Positions 1 through 9,715 of a stretch of DNA of 64,000 bases are shown one piece after another. The notes under the pieces are model-generated. The model saw nothing but the letters and a program-made list of their open reading frames with translations. It was not told the DNA's origin and ran no database searches. The number at the start of each line of letters is the position of its first letter. Positions within the stretch are counted from its first letter, which is position 1. A program made the position numbers and the translations under genes. The DNA lies in the NCBI GenBank assembly GCA_048882045.1, contig JBHLRZ010000001.1, positions 69,693 to 133,692 of the forward strand, in the 5' to 3' direction. Source of the DNA: Candidatus Thorarchaeota archaeon. Lineage in GTDB: Archaea > Asgardarchaeota > Thorarchaeia > Thorarchaeales > Thorarchaeaceae.

Positions 1-1416
1 GCTTTGATACTGATAATATTCCTAATCATGTCACACATGCCTCTCTACGGTGTTGACAAGAACGTAGGAACTGACTACCTTTGGGCAATGCGAGTCATAC
101 TTGCCAGTACTCGCGGAACACTAATGGAGCTAGGTATAGGACCAATAGTCACTGCAGGTCTGGTCATGCAGCTTCTATCAGGATCGAAGATTATCGATGT
201 AGACTTTGGAGACCCAGAAGACAGAGCCCTCTTTACTGGAGGTCAGAAGGTCATTGCAATGTTCATGACTGCCTTTCAGGCAATCGCATACATCCTTGGT
301 AATGCGTATGGAGAGCTTGATCCTACTAGTGCACTCATCGTTTTCTTACAGCTGTTCATGTCAGGGATTATTGTCATTCTGATGGACGAATTGGTGCAGA
401 AAGGCTGGGGTCTTGGATCAGGTGTGTCATTGTTCATCATGACAAATGTCGCAGGTCAAGTTCTGTACAACTCATTGAACTTCATCGACGTTGAGTCTGC
501 TTCACCCATTGGTTATATGGGTGGAACAGAAGCCAATCCAGTACCCACTAACCTGCCAAAAGGGATCATATCAGCTATGGTGAGCAACCTTCTCAGATTC
601 TTCGGAATTGGTATAAGTCAAGGACTTACTGTTGATGCGGGTTGGTTCGTCGTACGAAATGGGTATGACCCGAGTCTGCTCTCGTTGACAGTAACATTTG
701 CCATCTTCTTTGCAGTCATCTGGATGGAGTCTGTAAGAGTCGAGATTCCGTTACAGTATGCAAAATACCGAGGCATGAAAGCTAGATACCCAATCAAACT
801 CCTTTACACCTCGAACATTCCAGTCATTCTTGCTCAGGCACTCTATGCCAACATACTCTTCTTTGGACAGATCCTGTGGGGTTCTCTGAATCCTGAGGGG
901 ACTAACCCATTCCTGAGTTGGATAGGCACATTCGAACGGGCAGATGACGGAAGAATGGTAGCAATATCAGGACTGGCCAAATATATCACACCCCCACAAG
1001 GCGTCTTTCGACTCATAGACGAAGGTATGGAAGGCTGGCTCCATATTATCATCTACTCCGCACTCATGATACTACTGTGTTGGGGCTTCTCGAAGATCTG
1101 GGTGGACATTTCAGGCATCGCGCCGCGAGATGTTTCCCGACAACTTCTCAATTCAGGATATATTGTCCCTGGATTCAGAACCAGTGAGAAGGTCCTCGAG
1201 AGACTACTGGAAAGATACATTCCAATCGTTGCAGGTCTTGGTGGGCTCCTGATAGGCATACTAGCTGCAACTGCTGACGTCATGGGAGCCTTGGCAAGTG
1301 GAACAGGGATATTGCTCATGGTATCAATCATAAAGCAATATTATGAACAGATAGCCAAGGAGCAACTTGCTGGAATGGGCGGCGAAGGTGCAGCAGGGCT
1401 ACTCGGTATACTATGA
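1..1416 (+). CDS. secY: Preprotein translocase subunit SecY (5'-truncated by window edge)
   Basis: 470-aa ORF with ten-TM SecY signature (GTLMELGIGPIVTAGLVMQLL) and a C-terminal GGEGAAGLLGIL tail. Typical position upstream of adk. The reading frame continues to position 1. Confidence 0.9.
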   Translation, partial: ALILIIFLIMSHMPLYGVDKNVGTDYLWAMRVILASTRGTLMELGIGPIVTAGLVMQLLSGSKIIDVDFGDPEDRALFTGGQKVIAMFMTAFQAIAYILGNAYGELDPTSALIVFLQLFMSGIIVILMDELVQKGWGLGSGVSLFIMTNVAGQVLYNSLNFIDVESASPIGYMGGTEANPVPTNLPKGIISAMVSNLLRFFGIGISQGLTVDAGWFVVRNGYDPSLLSLTVTFAIFFAVIWMESVRVEIPLQYAKYRGMKARYPIKLLYTSNIPVILAQALYANILFFGQILWGSLNPEGTNPFLSWIGTFERADDGRMVAISGLAKYITPPQGVFRLIDEGMEGWLHIIIYSALMILLCWGFSKIWVDISGIAPRDVSRQLLNSGYIVPGFRTSEKVLERLLERYIPIVAGLGGLLIGILAATADVMGALASGTGILLMVSIIKQYYEQIAKEQLAGMGGEGAAGLLGIL

Positions 1417-1531
1417 CATTGAGATTGATCCAAGGGGAGAGTTGGTTCTTCCCTTGGTTTCTTTTGATTGCTAATGAGCAGACTTTATAACTGGTACATT
1501 TAACCAGCGCCTAATCTTCGAAGGTCGGTGT

Positions 1532-2131
1532 ATGGACCCTATGGCAGAATCCAGAAATGTTGTAATCGTGACTGGCATTCCAGGTGTTGGAAAAACTACC
1601 GTGATCAATACTGCCGTTGAACAGGTCAAAGAGAAGCATGGCGAGGATATCCTCATGCTCAATATTGGAACAGAAATGTTTGAGGTCGCAGTGAAGGAAG
1701 GCTATGTCAAAGACAGAGATGAACTACGCAAGCTACCAACAGCGATACAGAGAGAGGTTCAAAGACAAGCGGGAATTGTCATCGCAGAGAAAGCCAAATC
1801 AGCAAGGGCGATTGTTGACACCCACACCCTCATTCAGACCAACAATGGGTTCCTGATAGGACTACCTGAATGGGTGGTTACTGCGATCAAACCAAAGACT
1901 GTCGTTCTTGTTGAAGCGGACTCTGAGAAGATTGCTAGTCGCAGGAGTGGAGATGAAACCAGAACACGTGACGCACAAGCAATCACTGATATTCAGATTC
2001 ATCAAGAAATGTGCAGGGCTGCAGCAGTAGCAGTAGGGACTATTACTGGTGCGACCGTCAGAATAATCAAGAACCGTGAGGGACTTGTAGAGGAAGCAGC
2101 CTCTGAACTTGCGGAAACCCTAATGGAGTAG
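1532..2131 (+). CDS. adkA: Archaeal-type adenylate kinase
   Basis: P-loop VVIVTGIPGVGKTT, length ~199 aa, directly downstream of secY as in archaeal ribosomal clusters. Confidence 0.85.
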   Translation: MDPMAESRNVVIVTGIPGVGKTTVINTAVEQVKEKHGEDILMLNIGTEMFEVAVKEGYVKDRDELRKLPTAIQREVQRQAGIVIAEKAKSARAIVDTHTLIQTNNGFLIGLPEWVVTAIKPKTVVLVEADSEKIASRRSGDETRTRDAQAITDIQIHQEMCRAAAVAVGTITGATVRIIKNREGLVEEAASELAETLME

Positions 2132-2137
2132 AAAGAA

Positions 2138-2695
2138 ATGCAGGATATTTTTGGCGATATTTTAGGCTGGTTTACCTTGGTCTTTAAAGACCCACCAATG
2201 GCGGGTATCTTCATTCTTTTCATATCCATGAGTATATCCACGATAAGCAATCTCGCAATGAGGCGCTTCACTGATATGAGACGGCTTAACAAGCAACAGG
2301 CTGAAATCAAGAGATATCGAGAATTGGAACAAGAGGCAAAGAAGACACAGAACGAGAAACTCCTAAAGAAGCTCAAGAAACGCAAAGCCTACATCGATCG
2401 CATTCAGCGGGAACAAATGACAGCACGGTGTAAACCATCACTGATATTCTTCATTCCGTTCATTTTCATATTCTCATTTCTTAGAGGATTCTATAACACA
2501 GGTGGTGTAGATGATTTGGTTGTTGTTCTTCCTTTCAACATCCAGAAAGTCCTCCCATTCCTAGTAGGGATGCTCGGTGCTCCTACTGGCGCTGGATTTG
2601 GACTGAGTTTCTATGGATTCTACTTCCTTGTGGGACTCGGAATGTCAAGTATACTTCAGCGTATCATGGGAACTCAGGTTCTTACAAACCCATAG
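2138..2695 (+). CDS. DUF106 / archaeal YidC-Oxa1-EMC3-like membrane insertase
   Basis: TM helix, Lys/Arg/Glu-rich coiled coil, then two further TM helices. Conserved position after adk in archaea. Confidence 0.65.
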   Translation: MQDIFGDILGWFTLVFKDPPMAGIFILFISMSISTISNLAMRRFTDMRRLNKQQAEIKRYRELEQEAKKTQNEKLLKKLKKRKAYIDRIQREQMTARCKPSLIFFIPFIFIFSFLRGFYNTGGVDDLVVVLPFNIQKVLPFLVGMLGAPTGAGFGLSFYGFYFLVGLGMSSILQRIMGTQVLTNP

Positions 2696-2808
2696 CGCCA
2701 ATCTGATATCAGGTCTGACTAGTTTTTTGCAAAACTAGTAGGTTCTATCAGCAATAAGAAGAAACAGCCAGACATATTCAAGGAATCTGAAATGTTTCTG
2801 AGCAATAA

Positions 2809-3063
2809 ATGATATTGAAAGTACTGAGTCCTCTGGAAGAATTTGCACGCCTGATTGGAGGACACTTGGAAGAAATTTGGGGATTTCTTATATTCATTGG
2901 AGGAGCCTCGGCTTTCATTGTGATTCTAGTAGGAGCAATCCTCATGTTTGTAGGTGTGAAAGTAGGAAAGATCACTGGACAAGGTCTCATCCTAGGTGGA
3001 ATCATACTCGCAATCATCATTGCATACTTCACGATGTATCCACCAGATTTCACTTCAGGATGA
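2809..3063 (+). CDS. Small hydrophobic membrane protein, hypothetical
   Basis: 84-aa ORF with two predicted TM helices between the DUF106 gene and L34e. No recognisable motif. Confidence 0.3.
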   Translation: MILKVLSPLEEFARLIGGHLEEIWGFLIFIGGASAFIVILVGAILMFVGVKVGKITGQGLILGGIILAIIIAYFTMYPPDFTSG

Positions 3064-3137
3064 GAAATTCCAAGCGACACCGCTTTGCTTAAAAGGAAAG
3101 TCTAGACGGTCCCCAGAGAGAAGACAGGTGTCATAAA

Positions 3138-3401
3138 ATGCGACCAGGTAGGCTTACTCGAGGACGAGCAAACCGCACTGTGAGGACTCCAGGTGGCAGG
3201 AGAGTCATTCACAGGCAAAAGTTCTACAAGTCAGGAGGAGCCTGTGCGATCACAGGTTCAAAGTTGCATCTATCCCGAGATACCAAGCATGGTCGTAGGC
3301 GAAGTGCAAGTCGTTCAGCAAAGAGACCAAACCGACCATATGGGGGAATGGTTTCAGCCAAGGCTCTGCGTCGAGGTATCATAAAAGCTGCACGAGAGTA
3401 A
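3138..3401 (+). CDS. rpl34e: 50S ribosomal protein L34e
   Basis: MRPGRLTRGRANRTVRTPGGRRV..., highly basic 87 aa. Canonical position before cmk. Confidence 0.85.
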   Translation: MRPGRLTRGRANRTVRTPGGRRVIHRQKFYKSGGACAITGSKLHLSRDTKHGRRRSASRSAKRPNRPYGGMVSAKALRRGIIKAARE

Positions 3402-3405
3402 TAAT

Positions 3406-3942
3406 ATGAAACGCGTCGTCACCGTTGGTGGTCTTCACGGTACTGGCAAGAGTTCAGTGGCAGACGCGATTTCCAAAAAATTTGACTTGAGGCGAATGTC
3501 CGCAGGTGTGGTCTTCCGTCAACTTGCGAAGGACAGAAACCTCACCCTCGAGGAATTCAGTAGAGTTGCCGAAGGTAACGAAGACATCGACAGACTAATC
3601 GATGACAAGCTTCGTGAAGAAGCAGAGAAAGGAAATGCTGTTATTGACGGTCAACTAGCAGCATGGATGGCTGGGGACAATGCAGACCTGAAGATCCTAT
3701 TGATCGCATCAACAGAAAACAGAATTCGAAGGATTTCAGAGAGGGATGAGACTGATTTTGAATATGCTCGACGGGAAACCATTACTCGGGAGGGAAGCGA
3801 GAAGGCAAGATACCTGGAGTATTATGGTGTAGATATTTCGGACCATTCAATCTATGACCTAATCATTAACACTGACAAATATGATCTTGAAGATGTCATA
3901 GCCATTGTTTTTACAGCTATTGAACATTGCTTTGGAAAATGA
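3406..3942 (+). CDS. cmk: Cytidylate kinase (archaeal Cmk)
   Basis: P-loop VTVGGLHGTGKSS, ~178 aa. Conserved position L34e-cmk-L14e. Confidence 0.85.
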   Translation: MKRVVTVGGLHGTGKSSVADAISKKFDLRRMSAGVVFRQLAKDRNLTLEEFSRVAEGNEDIDRLIDDKLREEAEKGNAVIDGQLAAWMAGDNADLKILLIASTENRIRRISERDETDFEYARRETITREGSEKARYLEYYGVDISDHSIYDLIINTDKYDLEDVIAIVFTAIEHCFGK

Positions 3943-4065
3943 CCAGTAAATAGTAACAAGCGTAAGGCTCTTATTGCCATCACGAATCCGCTCGACTATT
4001 CTCCCAGTCTAAGGGATGATGCTGCGAGGTGACTCGGATGCAGACCAACGACAAGGCGAGGTGTA

Positions 4066-4353
4066 TTGAAGATGAGTCTCTACGAAACTGGAAGAGTATG
4101 TGTAAAGACTATGGGGCGAGAGGCCGGTAGTCTTTGTGTAGTTATAGAAAAGAAAGACGAGTCCTATGTAGTGGTGACTGGACCTAAGCATCTGAGCGGA
4201 ATAAGGAGGCGAAACTGCAATATCAGACATTTGGAGCCGCTTGAAACCATACTCACAATTACTGCTGATGCAGACGATAATGCAGTCGAAAAGGCTATTG
4301 AAGAGGCTGGATTGACTGATAAATTCAAAACCAAGATTCGTCTTCAGATATAG
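4066..4353 (+). CDS. rpl14e: 50S ribosomal protein L14e (KOW domain)
   Basis: 95 aa, GRVCVKTMGREAGSLCVV KOW-like motif, conserved position. Confidence 0.8.
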   Translation: MKMSLYETGRVCVKTMGREAGSLCVVIEKKDESYVVVTGPKHLSGIRRRNCNIRHLEPLETILTITADADDNAVEKAIEEAGLTDKFKTKIRLQI

Positions 4354-4382
4354 AATGATTTGTCATCAGGAGGGTAGATTCG

Positions 4383-5399
4383 TTGACGGGCATATTGCCT
4401 GCAGATAGGCCCCGTGAACTGATTCTGAAATCATCTGAAACCACCAATCCAGAGTATGGATTTTCATCATTAGAAAACTTACCAATAGAGTATTTACTTG
4501 AGAATGGAGTCATTGCTCTAGACAAACCATCTGGTCCTACAAGCCATGAGGTCGCTACATGGGTGAGAAAAATCCTAGAGGTTGACCGTGTGGGTCATGG
4601 TGGAACTCTCGATCCTGGTGTCACTGGTATACTGCCAACTGGAGTAGGAAATGCAACCAAGGCTATGCAGGCTTTGCTTCCTGCTGGAAAAGAGTATGTT
4701 TGTGTGTTGGAACTCCATCACAATACTCCAGAGGATGAAATTCGAAGAGTAATCGGAGAATTTGTAGGTAGGCTCTACCAGAAACCACCCTTGCGGTCTT
4801 CTGTGAAGAGAGTGCTCAGGGTTCGTGAAATATACTACAATGAAATTCTCGAAATCAAGGGTCGTCTGGCACTATTTCGTGTAGGATGTCAGGCTGGTAC
4901 CTACATTCGAAAGCTATGTTTTGACATTGGGGAGGCTCTAGGAGTGGGAGGACACATGCGAGAACTGCGAAGGACTCGGGTGGGATCTTTTAGAGAAGAT
5001 GAGCACATGTGCTCACTCTATGACCTGAAAGATGCTTTCATGTTCTGGAAGGAAAACGGAGATGAAACTGAACTCAGGAAGTACTTGCTCCCAATCGAAT
5101 TTGGACTTGGGCATCTTCCTGTGATAAATATCCGTGATTCTGCAGTGGATGCAATTTGTCATGGAGCTGACCTAGCGGCTAGTGGCGTTGTCAGTTTGAG
5201 TAGTAATATGAGGAAGGGAGACATAGTCGTTCTAAAGACCTTGAAGGGGGAGGCTGTTGCTGTTGCTAAATGCAGTGATACTAGTGACAGAATAGCCAAG
5301 GCAAAGAGCGGGATTGTTGCCAAGAGTGAACGAGTCCTAATGGAGCGAGGTCGCTATCCTTCACTCTGGAAGAAGAAGACCCAGGACGAATCGTCTTAG
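4383..5399 (+). CDS. cbf5: tRNA/rRNA pseudouridine synthase Cbf5 (H/ACA RNP catalytic subunit, TruB family)
   Basis: GHGGTLDPGVTGILP catalytic Asp motif, C-terminal PUA domain, 338 aa. Confidence 0.9.
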   Translation: MTGILPADRPRELILKSSETTNPEYGFSSLENLPIEYLLENGVIALDKPSGPTSHEVATWVRKILEVDRVGHGGTLDPGVTGILPTGVGNATKAMQALLPAGKEYVCVLELHHNTPEDEIRRVIGEFVGRLYQKPPLRSSVKRVLRVREIYYNEILEIKGRLALFRVGCQAGTYIRKLCFDIGEALGVGGHMRELRRTRVGSFREDEHMCSLYDLKDAFMFWKENGDETELRKYLLPIEFGLGHLPVINIRDSAVDAICHGADLAASGVVSLSSNMRKGDIVVLKTLKGEAVAVAKCSDTSDRIAKAKSGIVAKSERVLMERGRYPSLWKKKTQDESS

Positions 5400-5442
5400 A
5401 GTATCATTCAACCATCTTTTTATTCAGAAATGTGTAGAAGTG

Positions 5443-5800
5443 AATGGCTCTGGAGCAGAAGCGCGACTGACGGTACTCGCTCTTCGGAGCGAGAGCTGAG
5501 GAAACTCCCGACTGCGTGTCGACACCAGTCCTACTGAAGTAGGGAGGCGAGAGCCTCGCTCTGGGAACAGAAACGACACCCCCAAGCTGGATATGACAAT
5601 GATACAGAGATTCAATCTGTTGAGGATCAGTTTGGAACGGTTGAAACGGCCTATCACTGGGCAGCAATCTCAAGAGTAGGCTTGCGATGAGTCGACCTGA
5701 AGCCTAGGGTAGAGAGCATAGTTTGATGTTGCAAGACTCCAGATAGGTAACATTCTGGAGTGGAACAGAATTGGGGTTACTCTCTGGACCAGAGCCACCC
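5443..5800 (+). ncRNA. rnpB: RNase P RNA (type A-like) candidate
   Basis: ~360 nt GC-rich non-coding stretch between cbf5 and tsr3. The 5' P4 strand GAGGAAACUCCCGAC (5497-5511) can pair with the 3' strand ACAGAAUUGGGGUUAC (5766-5781), matching the consensus AGGAAAGUCCGGGC / ACAGAAcCCGGCUUA with the bulged U. P1 is GGCUCUGG (5446-5453) pairing with CCAGAGCC (5789-5796). P3 is a UUCG-tetraloop hairpin, CUCGCUC-UUCG-GAGCGAG. The ORF-track entries 5404..5673 and 5424..5657 (minus) fall inside it and are probably spurious. Confidence 0.65.
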
Positions 5801-5807
5801 CACCCTT

Positions 5808-6350
5808 TCATTCTCGCGTATGCTCTTGCATTATCTCCCCTTGAACCGCGACTACTTCACCGCTGGTCTTGCACTCTGCATACGCATCAAGCCACTCTCG
5901 ATTGAGAGTGATGAATGAATCCCCCCATTTGAAGACAGACAAGATATCAAATGCTTCTTCGGTCAGTCCGAGAATGTAGAAACCTGCAGCAAGCGCTTCT
6001 GCAGTGGAGAGCTTTATTGGAATGTAAGTGTTGATTGGATTTGCGGCAAGAAGGTATGGGAGAGACCTCTGAGCACCTGCTCTTGAGGCAATGAATATCT
6101 TTTCAGCCTGTTTCCATGAACAGTCAAGTGCGACGAGACCAGACTTCAAGACAGAGTCCTTGTCAGCTGGTGAAAATGCGATTTCGGAAACAGGATTGAG
6201 AACCACTGCTCCTCGAGGGATGTGACGCATATTTTGAACTATCTGGGCTTTTCTCATCTTACCCAGTCGCGTACCTGTGCATTTCTTTGGATCACACTGA
6301 TTTGCGTGATAGACAATGACTTGAGGTTTCTGGGTCAAGATATAATCCAC
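5808..6350 (-). CDS. tsr3: Tsr3 (DUF367) 16S/18S rRNA aminocarboxypropyltransferase
   Basis: N-terminal VIVYHANQCDPKKCTG motif and 180 aa length typical of Tsr3. Confidence 0.75.
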   Translation of the reverse strand: MDYILTQKPQVIVYHANQCDPKKCTGTRLGKMRKAQIVQNMRHIPRGAVVLNPVSEIAFSPADKDSVLKSGLVALDCSWKQAEKIFIASRAGAQRSLPYLLAANPINTYIPIKLSTAEALAAGFYILGLTEEAFDILSVFKWGDSFITLNREWLDAYAECKTSGEVVAVQGEIMQEHTRE

Positions 6351-6418
6351 CGATATGTGAAGTCGAAGAGCAAAGGATTTCTGTGTTGTCCTACGCCCTC
6401 AAGTAGAGGAACTTCATC

Positions 6419-6688
6419 ATGCTCTATAAACCTGGTAACTCTTGTGAGATCTGCAACCAAGACGGACCATTCAGCTCATGTCAGATGTGTGGAGCAATTG
6501 TCTGTGATTCTTGCAAGGTTGAAGGAGATAACATCTGCATCAGCTGCGAAGAAGCAAGATGTCAGGTCTGTAATGAGTATCTGGCTTCAAGGGCATGCAA
6601 CAGCTGCGGTATGCTAGTGTGCGAAGACCACGGAACAAAGGTCAACGAAGCAACGTTTTGCGAGAAATGTCGGAAGAGTGACGAATGA
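6419..6688 (+). CDS. Cys-rich multi-zinc-ribbon small protein (hypothetical)
   Basis: 89 aa with ~18 Cys in repeated CxxC pairs (CEICN..CQMCG..CDSC..CISC..CQVCN..CNSCG..CEDHG..CEKC). Its stop overlaps the tiaS start (ATGA), suggesting translational coupling. Confidence 0.55.
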   Translation: MLYKPGNSCEICNQDGPFSSCQMCGAIVCDSCKVEGDNICISCEEARCQVCNEYLASRACNSCGMLVCEDHGTKVNEATFCEKCRKSDE

Positions 6689-8016
6689 ATAGGAAACTTG
6701 TGCAAATTGGGATGGATGACATCGATAGTCCAGAGGGACGATGTACAACACACTTTGCTACTATCCTAGTTGAGAAAATTGATAGTCTAGATGTAGAGTG
6801 GATTGACTACCCAAACCTCATTCGTCTGAACCCAGGAATTCCCTACAGAACCAGAGGAAATGGAGCAGTTGCCCTGAGATTTCTATCTCAAGAAACAGAC
6901 TCAATTCTACCAATGGTTCAAAACCTTGTTGAAGAGTATGTAGAAGTCGGATATCCAAATACGAATCCTGGTGTTGTTATCCTAGAAGGCGATATCCCGA
7001 AAGGTGTAGATGACCTCTCCAGCCAGGCACTTTGGAGAGTTGTGCCAATCAGACTTGCTCAGAGAGTCATTGAGGATTATAATATCCCTCATTTCTCATT
7101 CGGAAATGGGAGGGGACTCATTGGTTCTCTTGCCGCTGTAGCGAACACACTGGAGAACGATCACACCTACGAATTCATTGCCTATCGTTCACTCGAAGAC
7201 TGCAAAGGCAAACGTGGAGTTGACGCCAATTCAGTACGTTCAATGGACAAAGAAATGGGAGATTGTGTCTTCTCAAACATCGATGAGTCGGCAAATAGGA
7301 CAATGATCGAACCACATGGTCCCGACCCAGTTCTTTTTGGCGTACGTGGAGAAACTGCTGATTGTGTCATCCGAGGAGGCAAGCAGATAAAGAGCGAACA
7401 AAGTGTTGACAGATGGATGGTGTTCAGATCAAATCAAGGAACAGCTGAACACCTGAAGTATAGTGTTGAAATCAAAAACCTTAGGCCGTACATGGCTGTT
7501 GTCGTGGATGGATTTGTGAAAAACAAGCCAAAAATGGTTGAGGGAGGACACTCACTGTTCATTATTGCAGATGACAGCGGCCAGGTTGATTGTGCGACTT
7601 ATGAACCGACAGGTGAGTTTCGAGAGGTTATTATGAGGCTGATTCCCGGTGACAAGATTCGTGTACATGCGGGAGTTAGACCACCTTCAAGAACTCACGG
7701 TCTCACATTGAATGTTGAGGGGCTAGATGTTGTCGAACTCGCTCCAGTAATCGAGTTTTCCAATCCATTGTGTCCAAAGTGTGGTAAGAGAATGAAGAGT
7801 GCAGGACGTGGAAAGGGACACAAATGTGCAAAATGTGGGCACAAAGACTCAGAAAGTATGAAGACAGAAACTAGAGTTACAAGGGACCTGCACGAAGGAC
7901 TCTTCTTACCGCCAACTAGAGCTCAACGACATCTAACAAGGCCGTATTCACGATTTAATAAAAGGAACAGGAATCGACCAAAGCAATTGATACCTGACTG
8001 GCATTCCAACTCATAG
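6685..8016 (+). CDS. tiaS: tRNA(Ile2) 2-agmatinylcytidine synthetase TiaS
   Basis: N-terminal GMDDIDS motif of the TiaS kinase-like domain. C-terminal CPKCG...CAKCG zinc ribbon. 443 aa. Confidence 0.8.
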   Translation: MNRKLVQIGMDDIDSPEGRCTTHFATILVEKIDSLDVEWIDYPNLIRLNPGIPYRTRGNGAVALRFLSQETDSILPMVQNLVEEYVEVGYPNTNPGVVILEGDIPKGVDDLSSQALWRVVPIRLAQRVIEDYNIPHFSFGNGRGLIGSLAAVANTLENDHTYEFIAYRSLEDCKGKRGVDANSVRSMDKEMGDCVFSNIDESANRTMIEPHGPDPVLFGVRGETADCVIRGGKQIKSEQSVDRWMVFRSNQGTAEHLKYSVEIKNLRPYMAVVVDGFVKNKPKMVEGGHSLFIIADDSGQVDCATYEPTGEFREVIMRLIPGDKIRVHAGVRPPSRTHGLTLNVEGLDVVELAPVIEFSNPLCPKCGKRMKSAGRGKGHKCAKCGHKDSESMKTETRVTRDLHEGLFLPPTRAQRHLTRPYSRFNKRNRNRPKQLIPDWHSNS

Positions 8017-8044
8017 AGAAAGGTTTGCACAAAATCGGATATCT

Positions 8045-8443
8045 CTAGACTCTTCGGCCTCTTCTACCACCAGGCTTTCTTGTTCCATCGTGTGGCATCG
8101 GAGTTACTTCATCGATAATACCGATTCTAAGACCAGCTCTGCTGAGTGCACGGATTGCAGCTTGCGCACCTGGACCAGGTGTCTTAGGTCCATGACCACC
8201 AGGAGCTCGTACTCTGATATGAATTCCATAAATGCCCTTATCCTTAGCTTCACGAGCTGCTTGAAAAGCGGCCTGCATAGCAGCATGTGGAGATGACTCA
8301 TTTCTGTCAGCCTTCACCATCATTCCACCAGAATATCGTGCAAGGGTCTCTGCCCCAGTGATATCAGTAATCATTATGATGGTGTCATTGTAAGAAGCAA
8401 ATATGTGGGCTATTCCCCATTTGTCGCGATCGTCTTTACTCAT
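8045..8443 (-). CDS. rps11: 30S ribosomal protein S11 (uS11)
   Basis: [25 protein letters not shown]...GGHG. The likely start is the internal Met of [10 protein letters not shown]; the ORF track extends it to 8476. Confidence 0.9.
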   Translation of the reverse strand: MSKDDRDKWGIAHIFASYNDTIIMITDITGAETLARYSGGMMVKADRNESSPHAAMQAAFQAAREAKDKGIYGIHIRVRAPGGHGPKTPGPGAQAAIRALSRAGLRIGIIDEVTPMPHDGTRKPGGRRGRRV

Positions 8444-9080
8444 GTTCGTCATCTCCTTCCGAATCAAGATCGTCATTAGTTACAGGTTCAGCCTCTGAAG
8501 GTCTTCCACGCTCAACCGCATCAACCTCTTCAAAAGCTGCAGCTGATGCTCGAGTTGCTGCGTCGGATGCAGCAATCCTTGCTGGATGTGACTTGTCATT
8601 CAACGGAGACTTTGCAGTGTATCGAAGACGTTCCTCCTCAGACACTGTTATGAGTCGTTGGGGTGTGTTTACCCTAGCGGCATCAAGCGCAATGTGTCCA
8701 TGGGTGACTAACTGGCGAGCATGATGCATGGAACTTGCTAGTCCCTTTCTGAACACAATCGTCTGTAGACGTCTTTCAAGTAAGTTTTCAAGTGTAAGGT
8801 CCAGAACGTGGTCAAGTGTTGGTTCCGTTGTCAGGATTCCAATGCGGGTCAACTTTGTGACAAGCTCACGTTCCTGTAGTTCTCTCTCGGATGGAGGAAG
8901 TGCAAGCATATGACGCGCATTCCGGCGATAGTTGGAGAGGTCAGTCTTGTGTTTCCAGAGTTCTTTCTTGTTTCTTAAACCATAAGCACCGATGAGTTGA
9001 AGCTCCTGCTCAAATCTATCACTGTCGAAGGGTTTCTTCGGAGCTACGTACTTTTTCTTTTGCTTGCGTGGATCACCCAT
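8436..9080 (-). CDS. rps4: 30S ribosomal protein S4 (uS4) with acidic C-terminal tail
   Basis: [19 protein letters not shown]... S4 N-terminus and S4 RNA-binding domain. ~35-aa Asp/Glu-rich C-terminal extension. Confidence 0.9.
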   Translation of the reverse strand: MGDPRKQKKKYVAPKKPFDSDRFEQELQLIGAYGLRNKKELWKHKTDLSNYRRNARHMLALPPSERELQERELVTKLTRIGILTTEPTLDHVLDLTLENLLERRLQTIVFRKGLASSMHHARQLVTHGHIALDAARVNTPQRLITVSEEERLRYTAKSPLNDKSHPARIAASDAATRASAAAFEEVDAVERGRPSEAEPVTNDDLDSEGDDEHE

Positions 9081-9095
9081 CATTCATTCCCTCGA

Positions 9096-9545
9096 CTATA
9101 CTTTCTTCCTCGACACACCAACAGCCATTCCGCCACGACCGGTTGTTCGGGTATGCTGACCTCTGACTCGAAGGCCTAATGAATGCCTGACACCTCTCCA
9201 AGACTTGATTCTTCGAAGTCTGTCAATATCATTCCTATGAGCGAAATCTAAGTCGGACGCAATCAGATGCAACATCCTTCCGCTCATTCTATCTCGAGGA
9301 CGATTTACATACCAGTCAGGAAAGTTAGCTGCTACAGGATCTTTAATGACCTTCTCAATCTTCTTTATCTCTGCATCAGTCAAGTAACCGAGCCTCTTTG
9401 AAGAATCAATCTCTGTTTGTGTGATAATGGCTCGTGACAATCTTAAGCCTACACCCTTGATGCGTGTGAGCCCTTGGAGCAAGTTCTCTTGTCCATCTAT
9501 GTCACTTCCACCTATACGGACGATATGTTTGTAATCTTCGGACAT
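9096..9545 (-). CDS. rps13: 30S ribosomal protein S13 (uS13)
   Basis: MSEDYKHIVRIGGSDIDG... The ORF track starts 24 codons upstream, but the S13 consensus begins at this Met. Confidence 0.9.
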   Translation of the reverse strand: MSEDYKHIVRIGGSDIDGQENLLQGLTRIKGVGLRLSRAIITQTEIDSSKRLGYLTDAEIKKIEKVIKDPVAANFPDWYVNRPRDRMSGRMLHLIASDLDFAHRNDIDRLRRIKSWRGVRHSLGLRVRGQHTRTTGRGGMAVGVSRKKV

Positions 9546-9715
9546 GGTATATGACCTCATCTGACTGGTCTGAGGCTTGTTCGCGTCTTGGAATTGGCTT
9601 ATAATAGTTGCCATCAAGCCGCGTAATCTACAGCCCTAGACACGGTCAGGGGGAGTTCTTATGCAAAGAGTAGGCATACGATAGCAGAAAGTGGACCTTA
9701 CGTGGGGCAGATGCT

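Noticed and set aside
81-1331. Internal and antisense ORFs within secY (81..302 +, 843..1052 -, 1053..1331 -)
   Set aside because: They overlap a confidently identified SecY reading frame. They are Arg/Ser-rich with no motifs, and likely frame artefacts.
5404-5673. Two overlapping minus-strand ORFs (89 and 77 aa) in the cbf5-tsr3 gap
   Set aside because: They lie entirely within the structured GC-rich region I interpret as RNase P RNA. The amino-acid composition is Arg/Ser/Pro-rich, typical of spurious frames through GC-rich RNA genes.
9618-9715. Possible tRNA or small RNA in the S13 upstream region
   Set aside because: No cloverleaf could be folded and no T-loop-like GTTCRANYC motif is present. 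I treat it as promoter/5' UTR.
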